Below are positions 1 through 8,209 of a DNA stretch of 60,696 bases, one piece after another; the stretch's first letter is position 1, and each line of letters opens with the position of its first letter. The DNA comes from an uncultured Chloroflexota bacterium. Its GTDB lineage: Bacteria > Chloroflexota > Limnocylindria > P2-11E. The position numbers were made by a program, and so were the translations under genes. Location: NCBI GenBank assembly GCA_964609145.1, contig CAZSRI010000001.1, positions 21,651 through 82,346 of the forward strand, written 5' to 3'. A model generated the notes under the pieces. That model saw nothing but the letters and a program-made list of their open reading frames with translations, was not told the DNA's origin and made no database searches.

Positions 1-2
1 TC

Positions 3-56
3 GATCGGTCGCGGGGCGAGGATCGGTGGCGGGGCGAGGATCGGTCGCGGGGCGAA
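3..56. repeat. Tandem direct repeat, 18-bp unit GATCGGT(C/G)GCGGGGCGA(G/A), 3 copies, touching the window edge
   Basis: Read directly: units at 3-20, 21-38 and 39-56 differ at 1-2 positions. The array may continue upstream of the window. Confidence 0.85.
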
Positions 57-2081
57 GTGGAGGGCGCTCGCGCATTCGGCCCGCCGAGCCCCGGCGAGCC
101 AGCTGGGAGCACGGGGCTTCCTTTCGAGGATGTTGGTCCTCGGCACCGATCTGATGCCACTTGGCATCAAGCTGGTGCCGAGCGGCATCACGTTGATGCC
201 AAGTGGCACCGATCTGGTGCCGAGGCACGTACCCCCGCAGATGAGACCCCGCGGCCTTCGCGCGCGGGCACGGTTCCGGACCGGCAGGTCTCCACCACCG
301 AGTGGCGGGCGACCGCTGCCTTCCTGCTCGTCAACGTGTTCGCGATCGCCTGGGTCCTGGTCGCCGTCCTCCAGCCGTGGGTCGCGAAGGGCGGCGACCC
401 CGTCCCCGAGAGCCTCATGCACAAGTGGCTGCCGCTCTCGCTCGCATTCGCGGCGCTCGGCACCGCGCTCGTCGCGCGAGTGCTCGCGCCGCCGGCGCGG
501 AGCCGTCTCCTCCGTGGCCACTTCGTCCTCTACCTCGTCCCGCTCGCGCTGATGCTGCTCGAGCTGTTCGGCGAGGCGTCGGTGGCGAACGGCCAGCGCG
601 GCGCGGTCTACCTGCTCCTCGCGGTCGTCTTCGTCGTGAACGCGCTCGCCGCACTGTGGCCGGCGGTCGACCGGCTCACGGACCGGGCCGGCGCGCTCCA
701 GCTCGGCGTCGTCGCGCTCGTCGCGATGCTCGTCCTGCTCCCGTATCACCGCGCGGTGATGCCGACCGCGTCGGACGAGCCGCACTACCTCGTCGTGACG
801 CTGAGCCTCCTGAACGAACGCTCGCTGAACGTCGCCGCCGAATACGAGGGGACCCGATACAACGCGTTCTACCCGGGCCGGCTGCCGGACATCCACGGGG
901 TGCGCGTCGGCGACGCGATCTATTCGATCCGGGATCTCGGGCTACCGCTCCTGGCGACGGTCCCGTACGCGATCGCGGGACGGCTCGGTGTCCTCGCGCT
1001 GCTCTCCCTCGTCGGCGCGGCGCTCGCGGCGCAGCTCTACCTCCTGCTGCGCGACCTGGGCTTCGCGCCGCGCGTCGCCCTCCTCGGCGCGGCGTCGACC
1101 GCCCTCGCCCATCCGATCTTCACCTACACCACGCAGATCTACCCCGAGCTCCTCACGGCGCTCGTGTTCGTCACCGCCGTGCGCGCGGTCCGCTGGGGCG
1201 AGCGCGCGACGAGCCGCGAGCTCGCCGTCGCGAGCGCGCTCGTCGGCGCGCTGCCGTGGCTGTCGACGCGGGCGTGGCCGACGGTCGTCGGCCTCGGTCT
1301 CGTCGTCGCGTACGCGGCGCTGCGCCCGCTCTGGCGGGGCGCGCCGGCGCGCCTCGTCGCGCCGCGCGTCGCCGCGGGCGCGCTTCCCTTCGCCGCGCTC
1401 GTGCTCGCGCTGTCCTTCGTCAACTGGCGCACGCTCGGGCTGTTCATGCCGAGCGCGGGCTACTTCCTCATTCGCGAGCAGCAGCCGGTCCTCGCGTACA
1501 CGCCGTGGGTCGGCGCGCCCGGGCTGCTGTTCGACCGCGTCTTCGGCCTCGTCCCCCGCGCGCCGATCTACCTGCTCGCGTTCCTCGGAGCGATCCCGCT
1601 GTGGCGGCGCGCGCGCGAGCACGGTGCCGAGCTCGTCGCGCTCGCCCTGGGCGCGCTGCTGTCGTTCGCGTACATCGCCGACATCGCGTACTGGTGGGCC
1701 GACGGCTCTCCGCCGTCGCGGTACACGCTCGGCTCCCTCCCGCTGCTCGTCGCCGCGGTCGCCGGCGGGTGGGAGCTCGCGCTCGACGGCCCGCGCTGGG
1801 CGCGCGCGCTCGCGGGGCTCGCGCTCGCCGCGTCGGCGGCGGTCGCGTACGTGTATGCGGTGCTGCCGAACATCCGCTACGACCTCGCGCTCGACGTGCG
1901 CGCCGGCGGCTCGTCGGGCGGGCTCTTCACGTTCGCGCAGCGCGCGCTCGGCGTCGACGTCGGGCGTGTCTTTCCGTCGCTCGTCACCGCGAGCGGCGTC
2001 GACGTCGCGCTCACGCTCGCGTGGATCGCGCTCGCGGCCGTCCTCGTCTGGCTCGGGAGCCGCGCGAGGGCGCCGCGATGA
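57..2081 (+). CDS. Polytopic membrane protein, GT-C / ArnT-PMT-like glycosyltransferase candidate (start uncertain)
   Basis: The ORF translation has many hydrophobic spans (AAFLLVNVFAIAWVLVAVL, LVPLALMLLELF, GVLALLSLVGAALAAQLYLLL and others). Its stop overlaps the next start (ATGA at 2078-2081). The first ~60 codons run through the repeat arrays at 3-56 and 142-228. No in-frame ATG/GTG/TTG lies between 229 and GTG 336 or ATG 417, so the N-terminus is unresolved. Confidence 0.5.
   Translation: MEGARAFGPPSPGEPAGSTGLPFEDVGPRHRSDATWHQAGAERHHVDAKWHRSGAEARTPADETPRPSRAGTVPDRQVSTTEWRATAAFLLVNVFAIAWVLVAVLQPWVAKGGDPVPESLMHKWLPLSLAFAALGTALVARVLAPPARSRLLRGHFVLYLVPLALMLLELFGEASVANGQRGAVYLLLAVVFVVNALAALWPAVDRLTDRAGALQLGVVALVAMLVLLPYHRAVMPTASDEPHYLVVTLSLLNERSLNVAAEYEGTRYNAFYPGRLPDIHGVRVGDAIYSIRDLGLPLLATVPYAIAGRLGVLALLSLVGAALAAQLYLLLRDLGFAPRVALLGAASTALAHPIFTYTTQIYPELLTALVFVTAVRAVRWGERATSRELAVASALVGALPWLSTRAWPTVVGLGLVVAYAALRPLWRGAPARLVAPRVAAGALPFAALVLALSFVNWRTLGLFMPSAGYFLIREQQPVLAYTPWVGAPGLLFDRVFGLVPRAPIYLLAFLGAIPLWRRAREHGAELVALALGALLSFAYIADIAYWWADGSPPSRYTLGSLPLLVAAVAGGWELALDGPRWARALAGLALAASAAVAYVYAVLPNIRYDLALDVRAGGSSGGLFTFAQRALGVDVGRVFPSLVTASGVDVALTLAWIALAAVLVWLGSRARAPR
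142..228. repeat. Array R1: 8-9 hexamer half-sites GGCAYC / GRTGCC with alternating 11/10-bp spacing (21-bp period)
   Basis: Half-sites: GGCACC 142, GATGCC 153, GGCATC 163, GGTGCC 174, GGCATC 184, GATGCC 195, GGCACC 205, GGTGCC 216, GGCAC 224. Each neighbouring pair is an inverted repeat, e.g. GATGCC-ACTT-GGCATC. The array is homologous to 10609-10709. Confidence 0.85.
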
Positions 2082-2854
2082 CGCACGACCACGCCCACGA
2101 CGCGCGCGAGCGCCGCTTCGAGGAAGGCGACCGCGACGCGTGGGAGCGGCCCGTCGGCGAGAGCGAGCTCTTCGATCCGGCGCGGCGCGACATCTACAAC
2201 TTCATCGACGAGACGAAGGTCCGCCACCTGCGCCCGCTCCTCCCCGCGAGCGGGCGCGCGATCGAGATCGGCGCGGGATCCGGGCGCCTCCTCATCCGCG
2301 TCGGGCTCGAGCGTCCGTACGAGCTCGTCGCGCTCGACTACGCCGTCTACGCGATGCGCGCCGTTCGCGAGAACGCGCGCCGCGCGCGGCGCGAGGTCGC
2401 GCTCGTCCTCGGCGACGCCCGCGCGCTGCCGCTGCCCTCTTCGTGCGCGGACGTCGTCCTCTCGGGCGGGCTGCTCGAGCACTTCCGCGACCCGCGGCCC
2501 GTCCTGGCGGAGATGGCGCGCGTGCTCCGCCCCGGCGGCCTCTTCTACTCCGACATCGTCCCGCGGAAGGTGTCGCTCTACCGCTGGGCCGAGCGTGAGC
2601 GCATCGAGCGGTCGGAGCACCTGCAGGCGGGCATCTTCGAGAGCGCGCTGCCACGCTCGGCGTGGGCGCGGCTCATCCGCGAAAGCGGACTCGCCGACGT
2701 GCGCGTCATCCCCGCCGGCGTGTACCCGCCGTACACGTTCAAGGGGTACGACCGCCTCACGTGGAGGTACGGCGATTTCATCCGCTCGCTCGACGGCACC
2801 GCGATCGCCGACGTCCTCGGCTGGTTCTTCATGGCGACGGCGAGGAAGCGATGA
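2078..2854 (+). CDS. Class I SAM-dependent methyltransferase
   Basis: Motif I is AIEIGAGSGRL, followed by VVLSGGLLEHF and VLRPGGLF. The ATG at 2078 overlaps the upstream stop, and its own stop overlaps the next ATG at 2851. Confidence 0.8.
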   Translation: MTHDHAHDARERRFEEGDRDAWERPVGESELFDPARRDIYNFIDETKVRHLRPLLPASGRAIEIGAGSGRLLIRVGLERPYELVALDYAVYAMRAVRENARRARREVALVLGDARALPLPSSCADVVLSGGLLEHFRDPRPVLAEMARVLRPGGLFYSDIVPRKVSLYRWAERERIERSEHLQAGIFESALPRSAWARLIRESGLADVRVIPAGVYPPYTFKGYDRLTWRYGDFIRSLDGTAIADVLGWFFMATARKR

Positions 2855-4068
2855 CCGCGGCGGTCCGCGCGGAGCGCGTCAGCAAGACGTACATCCTGCG
2901 CCGCGAGCGGCGCCGCACGCTGAAGGAGGTCGTGCTGCGCCAGTACGCGCCGGCGGACCGCGTCGACGCGCTGCGCGACGTGAGCTTCGAGGTCACGAAG
3001 GGCGAGGCGTTCGGCGTCGTCGGCTCGAACGGGTCGGGGAAGTCCACCCTGCTCAAGCTCATCGCCGGCACGAGCTGTCCGACGAGCGGGCGGCTCGACG
3101 TCGACGGCCGCGTCTCCGCGCTCCTCGAGCTCGGCGCGGGGTTCCACCCCGACTTCACGGGACGCGAGAACGCGCTCTTGAACGGCTCCCTGCTCGGCAT
3201 CCCGAAGGCGCGCATGGAGAGCGTGTTGCCGTCGGTCGAGGCGTTCGCCGACATCGGCCGCTTCTTCGACGCGCCGGTGAAGACGTACTCGAGCGGGATG
3301 TACGCGCGGCTCGGGTTCGCGGTCGCCGTGCACCTCGATCCCGACGTGCTCCTCGTCGACGAGGTGCTCGCCGTCGGCGACGAGTACTTCCAGCACAAAT
3401 GCTTCGCGAAGATCGCGGAGTTCCGCCGCGCAGGCCGCACGATCGTCCTCGTCTCGCACGACCTCGGCGCGGTGAGCCGGCTGTGCGAGCGCGCGCTGTG
3501 GCTCGACGCCGGCGCCGTCGCCGCGCTCGGCCCGACGCGCGAGACCTTGAACGCGTACCAGCGCACCGTCGGCGAGCGCGAGCAGCGCGAGCGCGCCGCG
3601 CGCGGCGAGGTCGGGCAGCGGTGGGGCTCGAAGGAGATCGAGATCGTCCGCGCGCGGGTCCTCGCGTCGGACGGGACGGAGCGCGCGGTCCTCGATTCGG
3701 GCGAGCACGCGACGATCGAGATCGCCTACCGCAACGCGGCGGGCGTGACCGACGCGGTGTTCGGCATCTACGTCTACCGCGACGACGGCGTGGGGGTGTA
3801 CGGCACGAACACGCTCATGGACGGGGTCGAGGTCCCCGTCCGTGCGGACGGCGTCGCGGCGATCCGTTTCGACGAGCTCGACCTGCTCCCCGGGGCCTAC
3901 GACATCGACGTCGGGATCATCGACCCGCAGGACCGCTACTACGACTACCTGCAGAAGGGCTTGTCCGTGCGCGTGATCGGGCGCTCGCGCGAGGTGGGGA
4001 TCGCTCGCCTCCGGCATCGCTGGGAGTTCGATGCAGGGGGGGACACCCCCCCTGCGACCCCCCCATAG
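2851..4068 (+). CDS. Polysaccharide/teichoic-acid export ABC transporter ATP-binding protein (Wzt/TagH-like) with an extra C-terminal domain
   Basis: Walker A is GSNGSGKST, the signature is YSSGMYARL and Walker B is VLLVDEVLAVGD. About 150 further residues follow the NBD, as in Wzt-type glycan-binding C-domains. The last 11 codons (GGDTPPATPP) are encoded by repeat element E1. Confidence 0.8.
   Translation: MTAAVRAERVSKTYILRRERRRTLKEVVLRQYAPADRVDALRDVSFEVTKGEAFGVVGSNGSGKSTLLKLIAGTSCPTSGRLDVDGRVSALLELGAGFHPDFTGRENALLNGSLLGIPKARMESVLPSVEAFADIGRFFDAPVKTYSSGMYARLGFAVAVHLDPDVLLVDEVLAVGDEYFQHKCFAKIAEFRRAGRTIVLVSHDLGAVSRLCERALWLDAGAVAALGPTRETLNAYQRTVGEREQRERAARGEVGQRWGSKEIEIVRARVLASDGTERAVLDSGEHATIEIAYRNAAGVTDAVFGIYVYRDDGVGVYGTNTLMDGVEVPVRADGVAAIRFDELDLLPGAYDIDVGIIDPQDRYYDYLQKGLSVRVIGRSREVGIARLRHRWEFDAGGDTPPATPP
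4033..4064 (+). repeat. G/C-run hairpin element E1
   Basis: Sequence GCAGGGGGGG-ACA-CCCCCCCTGC (perfect 10-bp stem) followed by GA-CCCCCCC. It ends 1 nt before the Wzt stop TAG (4066-4068) and 13 nt before the metF ATG. Confidence 0.85.
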
Positions 4069-4077
4069 CATCGTCAG

Positions 4078-4968
4078 ATGCGCATCGCGGACGCGTACCG
4101 CGGGGGTAAACCGGCGTTCTCGTTCGAGTTCTTCCCGCCACGGAACGCTGAGGGGCTGCGACGCCTCCACGACACGATCGCGGCGCTGAAGCCGCTCCGT
4201 CCGGACTTCGTGTCGGTCACGTACGGCGCCGGCGGGAGCACGCGCGAGCTCACGATCGAGCTCGTCACGCAGATCAGGCGCGACACCGGGATCGAGGCGA
4301 TGGCCCACCTCACGTGCGTCGGCCACACCGCCGCCGAGCTCGCGGCGATCCTCGACCGGCTCGACGCCGCCGGCGTCGAGAACGTGATCGCGCTGCGCGG
4401 CGATCCCCCGAAGGGACAGCGCACCTTCATTGCGACCCAGGGCGGGTTCGCGCACGGGATGGAGCTCGCGGCGTTCGTGCGATCGCGCTGGCCGTTCTGC
4501 GTCGCCGGCGCGACGTACCCCGAGGGCCACGTCGAGTCGCCGGACCCGATGGACGACGTCCGCTACGCGAAAGCGAAGCAGGACGCGGGCGTCGACGTCC
4601 TCATCACGCAGCTCTTCTTCGAGCCCGAGGCGTACTTCCGCTTCCTTCGACGAGCGCGCGCGGCCGGGGTCACCGTGCCGATCGTCCCCGGCGTCATGCC
4701 GATCACGGCGGCGTCGCAGCTCTCGCCGACCGGCATGTTCGCGCGCTGCGGCGCGACCGTGCCCGGCGCGCTGCGCCGCCGCATCGAGGCCGCGCGCGAC
4801 GACGACGCCGTGCTCGCGATCGGGACCGCGTGGGCGCTGGGGGAGTGCCGCACGCTCCTCGAGGGCGGCGCGCCGGGCATCCACTTCTACACGCTGAACC
4901 GCTCGCGCTCGGCGTACGCCGTGTACCGCGGGCTGACCGCATCGGTCCCGGCGGTGGAGGCGCGCTAG
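4078..4968 (+). CDS. metF: 5,10-methylenetetrahydrofolate reductase
   Basis: The N-terminus KPAFSFEFFPPR...FVSVTYGAGGSTR and the 296-aa length are typical of MetF. Confidence 0.9.
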   Translation: MRIADAYRGGKPAFSFEFFPPRNAEGLRRLHDTIAALKPLRPDFVSVTYGAGGSTRELTIELVTQIRRDTGIEAMAHLTCVGHTAAELAAILDRLDAAGVENVIALRGDPPKGQRTFIATQGGFAHGMELAAFVRSRWPFCVAGATYPEGHVESPDPMDDVRYAKAKQDAGVDVLITQLFFEPEAYFRFLRRARAAGVTVPIVPGVMPITAASQLSPTGMFARCGATVPGALRRRIEAARDDDAVLAIGTAWALGECRTLLEGGAPGIHFYTLNRSRSAYAVYRGLTASVPAVEAR

Positions 4969-5044
4969 CGCAACGGCCCGACGCTCTGTGCCGTCGAGGA
5001 AGGCGTGATCGCCCGAGAGCAGCCGACGTCCAGCTCTCGCGGCT

Positions 5045-5977
5045 CTAGCGCCTCTTCTCCTCGAGCTCCTCGAGCGTCTTCGGCCAGTCCTCGCGCAGCA
5101 GCCGCGAGAGCGCGCGGTCCGCGAGGAGCTTGCCGCCCGTCTGGCACGTCGCGCAGTAGTTGGCCTCGTTCTCCGCGTAGCGGATCCGCTGGACCGGGCT
5201 GCCGCATACGGGGCAGGGCTGGCGGTACTTCCCGTGCACCGCCATCTCGGGCCGGAACGCCGTCACCTTCTCCGGGAACCGCTGGCGCGCCTCCGCCACG
5301 AGGCGCTCGGTCCACTCGAACAGCACGTCGCGCGTCGCGATCCACAGCAGCTCGACCTCGTCGCCCGTGAGCGCGCGCGTGAGCCTCGTCGGCGGGAGCT
5401 TCGCGCGGTGGAGGATCTCGTCGCTGTACGCGTTGCCGATCCCGCTGAAGATCGTCGGGTCGGTGAGCGCGCGCTTCAGCGTGTGGCTCTCGCGCCCGAG
5501 CGCCTCGCGGAACGTCGCGAGGTCCGCGTCGAGCGGCTCGATCCCGCCGCGCGCGAACCGCCCGAGCTCCGTGTCGTGCACGAGGTGGAGCGACGCGCGC
5601 TTCGTCGCGTTCGCCTCCGTGAGCAGGAGCGTCGCGTGGTCGAGGTCGAGCGCGGCATGGCCGACGCGAGCCGGGATCCGAGCGGCCTTCTCGCGCCAGT
5701 GGAACCGGCCGGCGATCATGAGGTGGACGACGAGCGCGAGGCCGCCAGAGGCGGGGGTGGAGGGGGGCGGAGCCCCCTGCGATGGACGGAGCTCGAGGAC
5801 GATGCGCTTCCCGAGGCGGTGAACGCCCGTCACGCGGTATCCCTCGGCCGCCGAGATCGGGGGGTCGAACGTGCGGAGGACGATGGGGCTCGCGATCCGC
5901 ACGCGCTCGAGCACGTGCCCGACGACGTTCCGCCGCAGCGCTTCGAGGTACGCCTCGACGTCGGGCAGCTCAGGCAT
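5045..5977 (-). CDS. Fpg/Nei-family DNA glycosylase / AP lyase
   Basis: The internal start gives MPELPDVE (catalytic Pro2/Glu3). The C-terminus carries the zinc finger CPVCGSPV...YCATCQ. The upstream part of ORF 5045..6433 is Arg/Ser-rich junk. The gene carries a ~12-aa loop insertion encoded by element E2. Confidence 0.85.
   Translation of the reverse strand: MPELPDVEAYLEALRRNVVGHVLERVRIASPIVLRTFDPPISAAEGYRVTGVHRLGKRIVLELRPSQGAPPPSTPASGGLALVVHLMIAGRFHWREKAARIPARVGHAALDLDHATLLLTEANATKRASLHLVHDTELGRFARGGIEPLDADLATFREALGRESHTLKRALTDPTIFSGIGNAYSDEILHRAKLPPTRLTRALTGDEVELLWIATRDVLFEWTERLVAEARQRFPEKVTAFRPEMAVHGKYRQPCPVCGSPVQRIRYAENEANYCATCQTGGKLLADRALSRLLREDWPKTLEELEEKRR
5751..5782 (-). repeat. 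G/C-run hairpin element E2, in-frame inside the fpg-like gene
   Basis: The reverse complement TCGCAGGGGGCTCCGCCCCCCTCCACCCCCGC matches 34391-34419 at 28 of 29 nt. It is translated as SQGAPPPSTPA. Confidence 0.85.
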
Positions 5978-5987
5978 CTGACACACA

Positions 5988-7085
5988 ATGTCACCCACCG
6001 TGGTGGACGACGTCCTCGAAGAGGTGCGAGAGCGCATCCGCGCCAAGCGCGAGTCGGGCGTGTACGGGCCCGAGGTCGAGGCGGCGCTGCGGCTCCCGCT
6101 CCCCGGCGGCCGGCCGCTCTTCAGCGCGGAGCTCGGCGACCCGTTCCCGGCGCTGCGCGACGCGATCGACGAGCGCGTCGAGTACGACCCGCGCAGCCGC
6201 AAGCCGTTCGTCGGGCCGGTCGTCACGGCCGCGCGGCGCGTCGTCATGGGGCTCGCGCGCTGGTGGCTCGCGGCGATGGGGGAGCGCCAGGAGCGCATCG
6301 ACCGCCTCGCGTTCCGCGCCCTGCTCGACCTGCGCGAGCGCCCGAACCCGGGCTTCGACGAGCGCCTCCGCCGCCTCGAGACGGAGTGGGCACGCTTCCG
6401 CCGCGACCTCGTGGCGGCGGACCTGCACAGCACCTACTTCCAGGCGCGCTTCGGCGGCGACGAGCCCGTCATCCGCGAGCAGTCGGAGCGCTTCCTCGAC
6501 CTGTACCGCGGCCGCCACCGCGTCCTCGACCTCGGGAGCGGCCGCGGGATCTTCCTCGACCTCGTGCGCGAGCAGGGGATCGGCGCGTACGGCGTCGACC
6601 TCGACCCGCGGACTATCGGGATCGCGCGCGGCAAGGGCCTCGAGGTCGTCGAGGCCGACGCGCTCGCGCACCTGCGGGCGCTCGCGCCGAGCGCGATCGA
6701 CGGCGTGTACGCGCGCCACCTCGCCGAGCACGTCCTCCCCGGCGAGCTCGTCGCGATCCTGCGCGAGAGCCGCCGCGTCCTCGCGCCCGGGTCGCCCGTC
6801 GTCTTCGTGACGCCGAACCCCTCGACGCTCACCGTCGGCGCGCACACGTTCTGGCTCGACCCGGGGCACATCCGGCCGATCCCCGCGGAGCTCTTCCGCT
6901 TCCTCCTCGAGGTCGAGGGCTACGAGGACGTGCGGGTCGTGACGTTCGAGCCGACGCAGGGCGCCAAGCTCGCCGAGTCGGGCGACGACGCCGCGCGCGC
7001 GAACGCGCGCATGCTGAACGAGCTGCTCTTCGGCGACCGCGACTACGCGGTCATCGGGCACGCGCCGTTCGTGGCCAAGGCGTGA
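5988..7085 (+). CDS. SAM-dependent methyltransferase with a long helical N-terminal extension
   Basis: The C-terminal half has RVLDLGSGRGIF...DGVYARHLAEHV...LAPGSPVVFVTPN. About 170 N-terminal residues are Arg/Glu/Leu-rich. It diverges from fpg with only a 10-bp gap. Confidence 0.75.
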   Translation: MSPTVVDDVLEEVRERIRAKRESGVYGPEVEAALRLPLPGGRPLFSAELGDPFPALRDAIDERVEYDPRSRKPFVGPVVTAARRVVMGLARWWLAAMGERQERIDRLAFRALLDLRERPNPGFDERLRRLETEWARFRRDLVAADLHSTYFQARFGGDEPVIREQSERFLDLYRGRHRVLDLGSGRGIFLDLVREQGIGAYGVDLDPRTIGIARGKGLEVVEADALAHLRALAPSAIDGVYARHLAEHVLPGELVAILRESRRVLAPGSPVVFVTPNPSTLTVGAHTFWLDPGHIRPIPAELFRFLLEVEGYEDVRVVTFEPTQGAKLAESGDDAARANARMLNELLFGDRDYAVIGHAPFVAKA

Positions 7086-7088
7086 ACC

Positions 7089-7121
7089 GGGGGGTGGAAG
7101 GGGGGCAGCGCCCGCCTGCGA
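7089..7121 (-). repeat. G/C-run hairpin element E3 (diverged), intergenic
   Basis: The reverse complement TCGCAGGCGGGCGCTGCCCCCCTTCCACCCCCC shares both ends with E2 and E8. It lies between the methyltransferase stop (7085) and the GT start. Confidence 0.7.
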
Positions 7122-7159
7122 TACCCAAGGCCTGGCGCTTCGCGGGTCCGCCAGGCGCC

Positions 7160-8209
7160 GTGCACCAGTTCCACCCCGTACTCGCGCCGGGCGACGCGAT
7201 GAGCGCGCACGTGTTCGCGCTGCGCGAGCGGATCCGCGAGTGGGGCTATGAGTCGTACGCCTACGCGGTCGAGGTGAAGCCCGGGGTGACGGGCGCGCTG
7301 TCGTACCGCCGGCTCTTCCGCGCGGTGAGGCCGAACGACCTGCTCATCCTCCACTTCTCGATAGGCCACGAGGCCTTCGACCGCCTCGCGCGGCTCGAAG
7401 CGCGGAAGGTCCTCGTCTATCACAACGTCACGCCGCCGCAGTTCTTCAGCGGGATCAACGACCACGCCGCGGTGCACGCGCGCCTCGGGCTGCGCCAGCT
7501 CGCCGGGCTCGCGGCGCACGTCGACCTCGCGATCGGCGTGTCCGAGTTCGACCGCAACGACCTCGCCGAGGTCGGCTTCACGAACACGGCGACCGTGCCG
7601 ATCCTCATCGATTGGTCGCGGTACGACGTCGCGCCCGACGACGGCGTCCTCGCCGCGCTCGCGCGGCCACGCACGCGGATCCTTTTCGTCGGCCGCATCT
7701 CGCCGAACAAGCGCCAGGACGACCTCATCCGGATGCTCGCGTACTACCGCGCGTGCGTCGACGCGGACGCGCAGCTGTTCCTCGTCGGGTCGTACCGCGA
7801 CCAGCCGCAGTACCACGCGCGCTGCGCGGCGCTGCGCGACGCGCTGGATCTGGGGACCGCGGTCACGTTCACGGGGCCCGTGAGCATGGGCGCGCTCGTC
7901 GCGTACTACCGCAGCGCGTCGGTGTTCTGCTCGCTCTCGGAGCACGAGGGCTTCGGCGTGCCGCTCCTGGAGGCGATGCGCTTCGAGCTGCCGATCGTCG
8001 CGTACGAGGCCGCGGCCATCGGCGAGACGCTCGACGGCGCGGGGGTGAGGCTGCCGCGCAAGGACCTCGCCGAGGCGGCCGAGGCGTGCGCGCTCGTCGT
8101 CGAGCGCGCCGATCTGCGCGATCGGCTCATCGAGGCGGGCACGCGCCGCGTCGCCGACTTCTCCACGGATGCCGTGGCGCGCCGCACGCGCGAGGTGCTC
8201 GGTCTATGA
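7160..8209 (+). CDS. Glycosyltransferase, GT4-like (GT-B fold)
   Basis: Contains RISPNKRQDDLI and SEHEGFGVPLLEAM (EX7E-type motif). The GTG 7160 start was chosen because VHQFHPVLAPGDA aligns with AYQFVATAAYGDA at the N-terminus of the next gene. ATG 7199 is the alternative start. Confidence 0.75.
   Translation: MHQFHPVLAPGDAMSAHVFALRERIREWGYESYAYAVEVKPGVTGALSYRRLFRAVRPNDLLILHFSIGHEAFDRLARLEARKVLVYHNVTPPQFFSGINDHAAVHARLGLRQLAGLAAHVDLAIGVSEFDRNDLAEVGFTNTATVPILIDWSRYDVAPDDGVLAALARPRTRILFVGRISPNKRQDDLIRMLAYYRACVDADAQLFLVGSYRDQPQYHARCAALRDALDLGTAVTFTGPVSMGALVAYYRSASVFCSLSEHEGFGVPLLEAMRFELPIVAYEAAAIGETLDGAGVRLPRKDLAEAAEACALVVERADLRDRLIEAGTRRVADFSTDAVARRTREVLGL

Noticed and set aside
163-221. Sigma-54 type -24/-12 promoter (TGGCAC-N5-TTGC) inside the half-site arrays
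   Set aside because: TGGCACCGATCTGGTGCC resembles the -24 element, but the -12 position reads TGGTGC rather than TTGC. The motif is simply one phase of the periodic palindrome. No sigma-54 activator (EBP) gene is nearby, and the apparent lineage often lacks sigma-54.
302-2854. 850-aa ORF spanning the membrane-protein gene and the methyltransferase
   Set aside because: Only the last 258 codons (from ATG 2078) look like a real protein. The upstream part is an Arg/Ala/Pro-rich alternate frame of the 57..2081 gene, the usual high-GC artefact.
5234-8209. 991-aa plus-strand ORF
   Set aside because: It is a composite of the antisense of fpg, an alternate frame of the methyltransferase, and the genuine GT4 gene only from about 7160 onward.
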